Virus record (IMG/VR): IMGVR_UViG_3300044983_000035
Span: 1 to 49,893 of that record
From: a virus
Taxonomy: Duplodnaviria > Caudoviricetes
DNA length: 49,893 nt
Direction: 5' to 3' (one strand)
Position 1 is the first letter of the stretch. The number at the start of each line of letters is the position of its first letter. This document shows, piece by piece, positions 17,274 through 27,300 of the stretch. Under the pieces are notes generated by a model. The model ran no database searches. It had not been told where the DNA came from and worked only from the letters and a program-made list of their open reading frames with translations. The translations under genes were made by a program, and so were the position numbers.

Positions 17274-18293
17274 ATGCCTGGTTTTGCCGCGATGTCGTTT
17301 GAGCTGACGGGATCCGTTCCAGGTCTGCCCAAGCCACTTGCGGAGACGTATATTCAGCAGGCTCTCAATCGCGTCTATGCCGAGTCGTATTGGTCGTTCC
17401 AGATGCAGACTTCCAATTGGCTGACGCCGGGTCTGCTTTTCAAGAGTGGTTCAAGTCTGAGCATTGGAACGATTACAACTACTACCGGAAGTACGCAGAT
17501 TGTAGGGGACGCGGACGCGGCGGCGGCGTGGGTCGCCTATGCTGGCATTCCACTGCTCACGCAGTGCCAGATTCGCTCGCCATATTACTCTCTCTACAAC
17601 ATCATCGCTTTTGACGGAGTGGATACGTTCACGCTTGATCGTCCGTGGATGGAGCCTTCGACGACGCCAGGAGTGCTCGTTTCCACTGGCGTTTCGTACA
17701 TGATCTATCAGGCATATTTCCCGGTTCCGGTGACGGATTTTCGGCGCTTCTTTGGCGTGCAGGACTTCACCAACGCGCAACGGTTGAACTACTGGCATTA
17801 CTCGCAGAAGGACTTAGCCCTGATTGATCCACAGCGATCAAATTTCAATCTGCCTTCCTATGTGGTTCCGTACGAAGTGGATCAACGATCTGGCAGCGCG
17901 ACGCTAGGCTGCATGCTCTTTGAATTGTGGCCCCATCCGCTTTCGATTCTTCCGTACACATTTAGCTTTCTCCGAATGGGTCCGCAACTGGTGAATCCAG
18001 GGGATGAGATTCCTTACCCGTTGACAGAAGAATTAGTCAAATGGCGAGCCAGTGAGGCCGCTGCTCTCTGGAAGGAACAACAGAAGGGTGACGGCATGGC
18101 GCGTGGTTCCGGTGCTGACTGGCGCTTTGTTCACGGCGCTAGCAAGGATGAGTATAAGGCGGAACTGAAGAAAGTTCGCGATCTCGACCGCGATATGTTC
18201 GAACTCTACTTTGACCGCTACGTGCGTGGCAATACTCCGATGGACGGTCAACCATTCGGTACCATCAATGGCATGTTGAATTTGGGAATGTAG
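17274..18293 (+). CDS. Head-tail adaptor-like protein
   Basis: YIQQALNRVY...WSF, LFELWPHP..YTFSF; position after the head genes. Confidence 0.65.
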   Translation: MPGFAAMSFELTGSVPGLPKPLAETYIQQALNRVYAESYWSFQMQTSNWLTPGLLFKSGSSLSIGTITTTTGSTQIVGDADAAAAWVAYAGIPLLTQCQIRSPYYSLYNIIAFDGVDTFTLDRPWMEPSTTPGVLVSTGVSYMIYQAYFPVPVTDFRRFFGVQDFTNAQRLNYWHYSQKDLALIDPQRSNFNLPSYVVPYEVDQRSGSATLGCMLFELWPHPLSILPYTFSFLRMGPQLVNPGDEIPYPLTEELVKWRASEAAALWKEQQKGDGMARGSGADWRFVHGASKDEYKAELKKVRDLDRDMFELYFDRYVRGNTPMDGQPFGTINGMLNLGM

Positions 18294-18315
18294 GAATCGA
18301 AAAGGGGAATTGATT

Positions 18316-18759
18316 ATGTCGAACCCGACAACTGGACTCAGGGCGCAACAGCCCGGCAACTATCTGACGACGACCGGACCCGGGCAGGGCACTGGCTCTG
18401 TAGCGACTACGCTTCTCAACCGCAACACGCAGAAATTCTTATGGGCGCAGCAGGTCAAAGCGCAGACGCTCGGTTTTGCCAGCGTCGCCGTGAAACTCTA
18501 CAAGATACCGGGCGCATTCTATCCCGATGGCTATTCGATCGAGGTCGCGTTCAGTGGTGATCCCGGTGCCTTCGAGCTTGATATCCAACACGCGGACACC
18601 GACTTTGATGGATACTACGTCACGATCGCATCGATCTCGTCGGTCAATGCCAGTTTCGTTGGAAGGAATGAACTTCCAAACATCTCATCCCGCTTCGTTC
18701 GCGTCTATATGAAGACATTGACGAATGACGTCACCACGACCGTCCAAATTTCGAGGTAG
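18316..18759 (+). CDS. Putative virion protein
   Basis: AGGGG SD; beta-rich with RFVRVY near the C-terminus. Confidence 0.65.
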   Translation: MSNPTTGLRAQQPGNYLTTTGPGQGTGSVATTLLNRNTQKFLWAQQVKAQTLGFASVAVKLYKIPGAFYPDGYSIEVAFSGDPGAFELDIQHADTDFDGYYVTIASISSVNASFVGRNELPNISSRFVRVYMKTLTNDVTTTVQISR

Positions 18760-18761
18760 CC

Positions 18762-21185
18762 ATGAAGAGAATATTTGCACTCGCTATTGTCGTAGCGTTT
18801 TCTGTGATGGTTGGATATCAGCCAATCGTTGAAGCTCAGGGGTGCTGCTATACGGCCAACAAGATCGTCGGAGGACCTAAGCCTTCGACTTGCAACGCCG
18901 GTCCTCCGTCTGATGTATGGGTAGATACGACGGTCACTCCTCCACAGATAAACGTTTGCGGTCCCGCTAATACTTGGAATGTGGCGGGTGGTAGTACTGG
19001 CGCAACCGGAGCCACCGGGCCAACAGGACCCACGGGCGCGACTGGTGCAACCGGGGCCACGGGAAACAACGGAACTAACGCCGTAGCGGGTTCCGATACT
19101 CAGGTTCAATTCAACGATAGCGGAAGCTTTGGGGCGAGCGCCAACCTTACATTTAACAAGACAAGCGGATTGTTCGGAGTACCCAAATTATTATCGACAA
19201 GTAACCTCTCGAACGGAGCCTACATATTCAGAGAACTACGTCCCTACGATTATCCAAGTTCTCCCGCTTGGCTCGAAAGCATCACTGCCAACTCGTCGGC
19301 GGGTTCGACCACCCCAGACCACGTTTATACGGCTGGTTGGAATCTGTACAACTCCGGTTGTGTTTCTTCCAGCTTCCCTGGATGGGGTTTGTCGATGGAA
19401 CGTATTTGGCACCCTGGCGGATCTGGAGATGCGGGCATTGCGTCGATTGCGATCAATGCGGGTGGCACTGGATACACCGTTGGGGATTACGTTGTCGTAG
19501 TCCAAGGCGGAAGCTCACAAAACGGAATCATGAAAGTCACGAGCGTCAGTTCTGGCGTCGTGACTGGATTCAATGTTTATCAGGCGGGGGCTGGATACGC
19601 GGTCGCGAACGGATTGGCGACACTACCCGCGACTCAGGCAAATTCTGGACGCTACAATCTTCAAACAGGTTCCGGTACAGGACTTACGTTCGACATTGCA
19701 GCGATTGGTGCTCCGACCGATGGCGGACTGGAGAGCTACTTCGCGTATTGCAATGCGGGCGGTGGGTACGGCTCAAGGCCCTTAAACTTCGAGGTCAATT
19801 TCGCCACTAATCAGGCGGCGGTAAGCTTTCTTGCAAACTCCGTTATCTTTCTAACGGAAGACAACTTGGCGGGTGCGTCGTTTAATACGACGCGAGGCGT
19901 TTTGAATTCCGGTAAGCTGACGATCAGCGGATCGGCGGCTATCGGCGGAATAGCTCTGGATGTCTCGGGGAATTCCAGCATGAGCGGCAGTTTGGCCGTA
20001 TCAGGAGAAATCACAGCGGCGGCCTCCAGCACGAGCAACGCGGGACTTCGCTTATCGGAGGGCGTGGCTCCGACTTCGCCGCTCGTCGGAGATATGTGGC
20101 TGGACACGAGCGGATTCATTTCATATCGCCACAACCCTGGACCCGCTACGGATAAAATTGCGACAGACAACAACGCTCTTACGTTGACCAACAAGAGTAT
20201 TTCGGCCAATCAGATCACCGCGCAAACATTCGGATCGGGATCATATGTGTTTCCCTCGAATTTGACGGTCAATGGGCTGACTACGAAGAGGATTGTTTTC
20301 CCGGGGGCCTCAGGATTGCTGTCAGGAGACGCGCTGTTCTGTTGGGACACCAGCCTGACTCGCCTGGGAATTGGAACGTGTAGCCCGTCCTATACATTCG
20401 ACCTAGTGAATACAAGTATTGATGTTGGCCGATTCAGCAGTAACGATGGCACAGGAACTTCGCTACACCTGAACAACACGTCCACGGGTGGAAAAGATTT
20501 CCAAATCTTGTCCACTGGGGCTGGGGCCGGGCCGGGTGCTGGATGCCTAGGTTTCTATGGGTCGAATTACAACTTTGTGAGTTGCGACAACGGAGGCGCG
20601 AGTGTCGGCACCGCCACGTATCCTACATTGGCCAACGGCTTGGTTGTGCTCGGTGCGAGTTGGTTCAAAAACAACATTCAGCTAACGAATATCGCTGCGC
20701 CGAGCACGCCCTCGTCTGGATTCATCAAGCAATACTCTGACTCCACCGACCTGCGCTTCCACGACATCAACAGCGCGGGAACGATCGGCACTACGGTTGT
20801 CGCAAGTTCCGCTGTATCGAATCAGTTTATGACGGGCGTCTCGGCCGCAGGTGTGATCAGCCGTGCACAGCCAGCCGCAGCGAATTTGTCTGACGGAGTA
20901 ACAGGCAGCGGCGCGGTAGTTCTTGCTTCGGCGCTTCCTCTTTCCGGGACCACAGGCTCAATTGGTGGGGGACTACTGACTGTAGGAACTTGCGCTTCGG
21001 GGACAGCTAGCGTCACAGGCGCAACTACATCAATGGCCGTGTCGGCTAGCCCTGTCACATATCCTGGCGATGGAAACTACTGGGTCGCCTATGTATCTTC
21101 TTCAAATACCGTCACTGTTAAGGTTTGCGCTACTGCGACATTGACGCCAACGGCATCGAACTATAACGTGAGAGTTATTCAGTAA
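18762..21185 (+). CDS. Fibre-like protein with signal peptide and short collagen-like repeat
   Basis: MKRIFALAIVVAFSVMVG...VEA|Q; about 10 G-X-X triplets; GSDTQVQFNDSGSFGASANLTF and RLGIGTCSP fibre motifs. Confidence 0.8.
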   Translation: MKRIFALAIVVAFSVMVGYQPIVEAQGCCYTANKIVGGPKPSTCNAGPPSDVWVDTTVTPPQINVCGPANTWNVAGGSTGATGATGPTGPTGATGATGATGNNGTNAVAGSDTQVQFNDSGSFGASANLTFNKTSGLFGVPKLLSTSNLSNGAYIFRELRPYDYPSSPAWLESITANSSAGSTTPDHVYTAGWNLYNSGCVSSSFPGWGLSMERIWHPGGSGDAGIASIAINAGGTGYTVGDYVVVVQGGSSQNGIMKVTSVSSGVVTGFNVYQAGAGYAVANGLATLPATQANSGRYNLQTGSGTGLTFDIAAIGAPTDGGLESYFAYCNAGGGYGSRPLNFEVNFATNQAAVSFLANSVIFLTEDNLAGASFNTTRGVLNSGKLTISGSAAIGGIALDVSGNSSMSGSLAVSGEITAAASSTSNAGLRLSEGVAPTSPLVGDMWLDTSGFISYRHNPGPATDKIATDNNALTLTNKSISANQITAQTFGSGSYVFPSNLTVNGLTTKRIVFPGASGLLSGDALFCWDTSLTRLGIGTCSPSYTFDLVNTSIDVGRFSSNDGTGTSLHLNNTSTGGKDFQILSTGAGAGPGAGCLGFYGSNYNFVSCDNGGASVGTATYPTLANGLVVLGASWFKNNIQLTNIAAPSTPSSGFIKQYSDSTDLRFHDINSAGTIGTTVVASSAVSNQFMTGVSAAGVISRAQPAAANLSDGVTGSGAVVLASALPLSGTTGSIGGGLLTVGTCASGTASVTGATTSMAVSASPVTYPGDGNYWVAYVSSSNTVTVKVCATATLTPTASNYNVRVIQ
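18990..19079 (+). repeat. Collagen-like Gly-X-Thr coding repeat
   Basis: [30 protein letters not shown]. Confidence 0.85.
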
Positions 21186-21617
21186 ATGACACGAATGGGC
21201 GCAGGCCGGGATGTCGGATACGTTTCCAATCAACTGATGGAAGTGGATGCGCGCGCCCAAAAGCAACTCGATGCCGTCAAGGACGGATTGCACGGGAAGA
21301 TCGAAGATCATCTTGACTCGATGATCAGGACGTTCGCAGAGCTTGAGAAAACGGTAATCGGAGCGATCGGGATCTCGCAGCAGGAACGGCGACAAGCGCT
21401 ACAGAATGTATCGGCTCAGATTGCCACATTGAAGACACAGCAGTCGGATGATACGACTTCCGTCTTGTTGTTCGTTCAGGCCCTTGAGCGCCAGATGACG
21501 AATGAAATAATCGACGCCCGGGCTTTGATGCAAAAGATTGACGCTGATCTACGCCAGGACTTCTGGAAGCTGTTTTTCAGCAGCCTGTGGGCCTCGATTC
21601 GAGGGCTGTTCCGATGA
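21186..21617 (+). CDS. Hypothetical coiled-coil protein
   Basis: Abuts the upstream stop; ATGA overlap downstream. Confidence 0.6.
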   Translation: MTRMGAGRDVGYVSNQLMEVDARAQKQLDAVKDGLHGKIEDHLDSMIRTFAELEKTVIGAIGISQQERRQALQNVSAQIATLKTQQSDDTTSVLLFVQALERQMTNEIIDARALMQKIDADLRQDFWKLFFSSLWASIRGLFR

Positions 21618-22006
21618 CGATCTCTCAGCAGCTCATCATGGATTGCGTGACCGTGCCGGACAACACACAGGCGTACGAGCTTTCGAAACTTCTTACAGAT
21701 GCGAGAATCGAGTCCTCGTTTTTGTATCTGTCGTTGAGCACAAACATAATGCTCGATGCGGGTTCAGGCAGCTCGAAACTCTGGATTGGCACATCCCCGA
21801 GCACGGGTGCCGCCCACTACGGAACGCAACTCTACGCGGATCAGATCACGATTCCGATTGTGACTGTAGGATGCAAGCCGGGGACTGGAATCTATTTGGC
21901 TACCGACGCGGTAGCGGGTGTAACGGTGGCGGTCAGCATCGGAATTTACCTTGCTCCAAATTCTCTATCCGGCGTGACCGTGGGGGTGAACATTGGCACG
22001 AGCTAA
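21614..22006 (+). CDS. Hypothetical beta-rich protein
   Basis: GAGG SD; ATGA overlap at 21614. Confidence 0.6.
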   Translation: MTISQQLIMDCVTVPDNTQAYELSKLLTDARIESSFLYLSLSTNIMLDAGSGSSKLWIGTSPSTGAAHYGTQLYADQITIPIVTVGCKPGTGIYLATDAVAGVTVAVSIGIYLAPNSLSGVTVGVNIGTS

Positions 22007-22997
22007 ACTCCTCGTCTTGCTTTGCCTATCGGCCTCTCTCCTTGGCCAGCAGGGCAACACTGTAACACTGATTAACACGACTGCTCCTCCGGCGGGAATC
22101 AATAAGTGTTCGCCGCCGTTGTGGTGGAACGACATCGCCCACAGTCTGACGTATTACTGCGGAGCGAATGGTGTCTGGACGCTTGGCGTCGGTCCCACTG
22201 GACCGACTGGAGCCACTGGTTCTACGGGCGCAACTGGTGTCACAGGTTCGACTGGGGCAACCGGAGTGACTGGTCCCACAGGAAGCACAGGGACTACCGG
22301 CGTCACGGGGCCAACTGGAGCTACGGGAGCCACTGGATCGACCGGCAGCACCGGGGCGACTGGTGTAACCGGACCCACAGGCGCAACAGGGAGCACTGGA
22401 GCGACGGGATCTACGGGCGCAACCGGAACCACGGGGCCTGCTCCGTCTGGAACAGGCATAGTTCGCGTAGCATCTGGAACACCGAGCGCCTCCGAAATCA
22501 GCGGAGATTGTACGACTTCAGGCAGCAACGCCATCACGTGCACCAAGACGAATGGAACGGCTTTCGCCGCATCGGCAACGGCAGTTCCGCCACTGATGAT
22601 TGCTGCTGCCTTTGGCGCTGGTACGGTGGCGAGCGGCGCAACTCGCTATGTTTGCGCCTTTGGTCTCGGCGTCGCTTTCAATACCACTGAGGCGAACACG
22701 TTCTGTCCTATGGCAACTGCTGGTACAGTTACGGCATTCTATTGTCAAACCAGCACTGCTCAATCTGGGACTGGTACTTTGGTTGTGACTCTGCGCAAGA
22801 CGGTCAATAGTGGGCCTACGACTACGGACAGTAGCACTTTCACAATCGGAACATCTGCTGGCGCAGGAGTTTTTAGTGACACAAGCACTACCACGAGTTT
22901 CAATGCAGGAGATTCATTCAACGTCAAGTTTGTTAACAACGCATCGGCGACTTCGGCTGGAATCATCGGATGCTCAATCGCATATAAATCTCAGTAG
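21993..22997 (+). CDS. Collagen-like (BclA-like) protein with signal peptide
   Basis: TTG start; [18 protein letters not shown]|QQ; 28 G-X-X triplets; beta-rich C-terminal domain. Confidence 0.85.
   Translation: MARAKLLVLLCLSASLLGQQGNTVTLINTTAPPAGINKCSPPLWWNDIAHSLTYYCGANGVWTLGVGPTGPTGATGSTGATGVTGSTGATGVTGPTGSTGTTGVTGPTGATGATGSTGSTGATGVTGPTGATGSTGATGSTGATGTTGPAPSGTGIVRVASGTPSASEISGDCTTSGSNAITCTKTNGTAFAASATAVPPLMIAAAFGAGTVASGATRYVCAFGLGVAFNTTEANTFCPMATAGTVTAFYCQTSTAQSGTGTLVVTLRKTVNSGPTTTDSSTFTIGTSAGAGVFSDTSTTTSFNAGDSFNVKFVNNASATSAGIIGCSIAYKSQ
22191..22442 (+). repeat. Collagen-like repeat, 27 Gly-X-Thr triplets plus GPA
   Basis: [18 protein letters not shown]...GATGTTGPA with 9-nt periodicity. 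Confidence 0.95.
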
Positions 22998-23009
22998 CTA
23001 GGATGCTGT

Positions 23010-24362
23010 GTGGCTTATTCATTTATCACGTTGTCCGAAGCGCAAGCCAATCTCGCTCAACGTCTCTACGATGCGAGCCAGCAGTTCTTTGCCCCTGCTG
23101 AACTAGCCGCTTACATCGTTGAGGCTCTCCAGACCTTCAACGCTCTGGCCAACTTCCAGCGCGGCGAATTCACCTTCGATGCCGTGGCTAATACCACTTG
23201 GTATGACCTGACGACGCGGCCTAATTCCACGCGGCAAATAACCGCAACTGACACCTCAGTTCTGAGCGCAATCGAATATGCACTGCTCGAGCCCCAGACC
23301 ACAACTTACCCTTTGGCTTGGACTGGATCGCGACAGTTTAACCTGACGGATATCCTAAACGCGATCCAACAGATTCGCGATCAACTTCTCGCGGAGAGCA
23401 ACTGCACGATCAATCAGAGTTTGATCGCGGCATCTCCCGGTCGAACCATCGTTGACGAAAGCGTGATGGATATCCGGCGTGTCTGCTGGATTCCAAATCC
23501 ACTTTTAGGATACACGCCGAACTGCCTTGTTCCGGTGGACGCATGGGCCGCGCAATCGTTCGAAGCGAACTTCCCGCAAGCGCAACCGGGGTATCCGCGA
23601 GGCTGGCGCCGATCGACTTCGCCTCCGTTGGCGTTCGATGTGGATATCCCTCCGGCGGTTCCGGGTAAATACGACCTCCTGACGACTAACGCAGGCCCTC
23701 GTCTTTCGACCACGGCCGCAACGACTCTCCCGATTCCTAATGACTGGATCTGGGTCTTGAAATGGGGTGCGTTGGGGAACCTCCTGAGTCGCGACACGAC
23801 CGCGCGTGATTCCTATCGTGCGAAGTATTGCCAAATGCGCTACAAGCAAGGCGTCGCCGCGCTCCTGAAGGCTCCGGCGCTCTTTACCGCGCGATACAAC
23901 GACATTGTGATCTCCGTGGACTCAGTACGCGACGGCGATTACTACTATGCAAATTGGCAGGGACTCAGCCCGGGCGAGCCGCGGCACGTCTTCTATGCTG
24001 GATTGAATCAGATGGCGATCGCTCCAGCGTCCAATGTTTCCATGACGGTTTCCTGCATCGGCAATATGACGCTGCCGACATCCGGTGCATCCCTGATCCA
24101 ACTTGGACAGGATGATCTTGAAGCCGTTTTGAACGAGGCCCAGCACATCGCTAGCTTTAAGTGCGGTGGCGGGGAGTTTTTCAACACGCTACCACTCCAC
24201 GACCTCTTTCTGCGGCGGTGCGTTCTCTTCAATTCGAAACTGGCCGCGCAGTCTGATTACAAGGATCTTCTCTACGGTCGCGCACAGCAGGAGAGCCGCG
24301 AGAACCCGCTGTATCAGGGCGTGAGTCCGGTGGAAGCGGGAGGCGGCGATGCCGGGAATTAA
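23010..24362 (+). CDS. Tail adaptor/tubular-like protein
   Basis: TLSEAQANLAQRLYD..FF...ELAAYIVEAL N-terminus; directly upstream of the nozzle-like gene. Confidence 0.6.
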   Translation: MAYSFITLSEAQANLAQRLYDASQQFFAPAELAAYIVEALQTFNALANFQRGEFTFDAVANTTWYDLTTRPNSTRQITATDTSVLSAIEYALLEPQTTTYPLAWTGSRQFNLTDILNAIQQIRDQLLAESNCTINQSLIAASPGRTIVDESVMDIRRVCWIPNPLLGYTPNCLVPVDAWAAQSFEANFPQAQPGYPRGWRRSTSPPLAFDVDIPPAVPGKYDLLTTNAGPRLSTTAATTLPIPNDWIWVLKWGALGNLLSRDTTARDSYRAKYCQMRYKQGVAALLKAPALFTARYNDIVISVDSVRDGDYYYANWQGLSPGEPRHVFYAGLNQMAIAPASNVSMTVSCIGNMTLPTSGASLIQLGQDDLEAVLNEAQHIASFKCGGGEFFNTLPLHDLFLRRCVLFNSKLAAQSDYKDLLYGRAQQESRENPLYQGVSPVEAGGGDAGN

Positions 24363-27300
24363 CAAAGAACGAAAGTCTTTCCGCGCGCAGTTCCTCGGAC
24401 TGAACACCCGTTCACAACCGGATTCCCTACTGCCCGTCAAATACCCTGTTGCCATCAACGTGCGCGCCGCGGGAGACTCCGCAGTCAAGACGCGCCCCGG
24501 GTACGACCTTGGTTGGCGCGTGATTGAGCACGATTCAGGTGCGATCGGAATTACCGACATCGCCTCGTATTCGACTCTTGAGACGGACAACCATCCCCGG
24601 ATCCTCGTTCATATTGATTCCGGGTCCGTGGCCCTCGACACGGGCGCAATCGTGGGATCGGTGGGCACGGGTGGGCCTGGCGCGTGCATGCTACCGTTCC
24701 GGCCTAGCCAAAGCCCCCAGGCGTGGATGTACATCGCCAACCAGACGGGATACGAGAAGTTTCAGGCTCCCGATTCGGTAACCGGCGCGGTACTGCAGCA
24801 GAAGGTCGGAATCGCGGAACCTCAGTCGGAACCTTCCGCATGCCCCGAAGGGTTCTTCTTCAACGAATTCACTCGGCTGGCGGTTAACTGGGCTCAGGGT
24901 GGCACTGCCGGCGCGCCGGCGAACGGCACGCGCTCGACCGATACCGTGGTCGCAATCTTCCAAGACCCTGCGAGCGTCCCGCCGGCCACGAAGACACGGT
25001 ATTCAGTTCAGGTCGGCACTCCGCAATATCAGGAGGGTGAGACGCTGGCCTTCACGAAGTCGACGGGTGGGACGATCACAGCGGTTGTGGAAGACGTATT
25101 CCCTCCGATCAATGGCGGCACGGCCTTGACGATTCAGGCGATTACCTACCTTCCGGGTGGCGCGCCGGGGACTTGCGTTGTGGTTCCGTCTCAGCAGCCC
25201 GTAGACTCGACGATCCCGACTTTTAACGCCGTGGGTCAGCCTGCGGCCGGAACGACATTCCTACCCGGACAAGTCGCGGGACTTCGGCGCGGTTCTCTGG
25301 TTCAATTGGGCAGTGAAGTTTGCTTCGTCCTGAGCGTGACGACGGGTCCGCAAGGCGGTATCTCGTTCCAAGTCACGACTTCCGGAGCGCACGCGGCTGG
25401 AGAGACAATTGTAGGAATCCCGGCGATTGCCTGTTCGGGTCTGACGAGCGCGGTAGTTGGTCAGACGGTCGCGGCGGCAGATATCACGTCTGCTATAACG
25501 ACCGGAATTGGTACTTTATCGCAAACACTTGCGACAAATCCGTTTAACCTTGCGCTTGGATTATACGGAACACCACAGGCGAACGATTATGTGCACTGCT
25601 CGCTGCTAATTGACGCTCCACAGAATGTAACGCAGATCAAAATCGAGTTTGACATCGGAGACGGCAGTTTCACGCAGAACTCTTTGTACTATGCGGTAAG
25701 CATTGCGGCGCTCCAAGCGGCGGTGAGCAATTCGGCCACGCAGTTGACGGCTCTGCAGCAGACGGCGCAGCAGGATTTGATTACCTCGTACGCCGTCGAT
25801 CTGACGCAGTATCCCGTCGACGGTAGCCAGTCTGATCCACAGAACGTCTACGAACGGCAGCAGTTGCCACCAGTTACGAACGTTGATTCGACGCAACCTA
25901 ATGCTCCGGACTTCGCGTCGACTGGCGCAACCCAGTGGACCGAAGTCAAGTTCCCGATTTCTGGCCTAACCCGCGTCGGCAACGACCAGACGAAGACGCT
26001 GGCGAATTGCAATGCCGTTCGAATCACAGCTCAAGTTACTGGTTCTATTAACCTTGGATTCGGATCGATCTGGGTGGGCGGAGGCGGTCAACCGGACGTC
26101 GGACAATTGGGCGCCCCCATCTTTTATCGCGTCCGCCCGCGTTCGGCGCTGACCGGGGCTCGAGGCAATCCATCTCCGGCGACGCGCTATGGAGTACTCC
26201 CGTCTCGCCAGTCGGTTGTTCTAAATCTGCCCTACGGTGGGTACGATCCTCAGATTGATACGTGGGACATCTTCCGGTACGGAGGCACGGCGCTCAGTTG
26301 GCGCTATATTGGCAGCACGGCGTCAAACCAAGAGCATTATATTGACAACGTTTTCGACGATGCCGCGCTCGCCGGGGAAGTTCTAGAATTCGATAACTTC
26401 GAACCTTGGCCCAGCGTCGATGTGCCCTATTTGGCGACGGTCGGCGACGCCACGACGCAGGGGATCACGGTTTACGGGACGCTGCTGAACCTCCAGACGA
26501 CCAATCCTTCGAAGATCGCGCGCTGGTTGCCGGGTACGCTCCTGACCTTGAACGGCCAGAACACCTATACCCTGTTTAATCGCCCGGTCTCCATCGCTGG
26601 CGGGTTCCTGATTCAGACCATTGAAAACATGGGTTCTCCATCGGTCTCCAGCCTGAGCGTTCAAGAGCCGAACATCGCGAATCAGATTTTGCCATATATC
26701 TGGGGTCCGGACTCGAACGGGGTGATCTTCGGAGCTGGGGATCCGCTGCGTCCGGGCGGATTCGGATCTTCGAAGCAGAATAACCCGGACTCGAGCCCCA
26801 ACAATTTCTATGACCTTGTGCAGCCCGGAGAGCCGCTCATGGGTGGCCTGACGATCGACGGCCTGTCGTTTGTGGCGTCCTCGCGGCGTTGGTGGGCGTT
26901 GCAGGCCGTTTTCGCGCTTCCTCAGCGGTGGAACCCCATTGAATTCCCCGGTGGCCGCGGTTTGGCGGCTCCGCTGGGCGTCTGCACGGATGGAAAGCTG
27001 ATCTACTTCTGGGCCAAGGACGGCATCTATTCGATGGTCCCGCTGGGCGTGGCTACGTCGCTGACCGACGCGGACCTGTTGAATCTGTTCGTTAGCGGAA
27101 ACGATCAGCCCGGACAGGACGTTTCCTATGGAGGGTTCACTTTCTACGCGCCGAACTACGCCTATGCCGCGAGCTTCCGCCTGGCGATCGTCAATTCTGA
27201 ACTGAAGGCGCATTACGTGGACGGTACGGGGCATCGGCGCACGATCTCGCTGGATATGTCTCTCGATGGCGCCGGACGGCCGCGCATGGCGTGGTCTTCC

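Noticed and set aside
17045-17302. 85-aa ORF in the supplied track
   Set aside because: Two shorter ORFs in other frames with AGGAGG SDs explain the region better
22191-22442. Periodic repeat considered as a CRISPR array or DNA tandem repeat
   Set aside because: 9-nt degenerate periodicity is explained by Gly-X-Thr codons; no repeat-spacer structure
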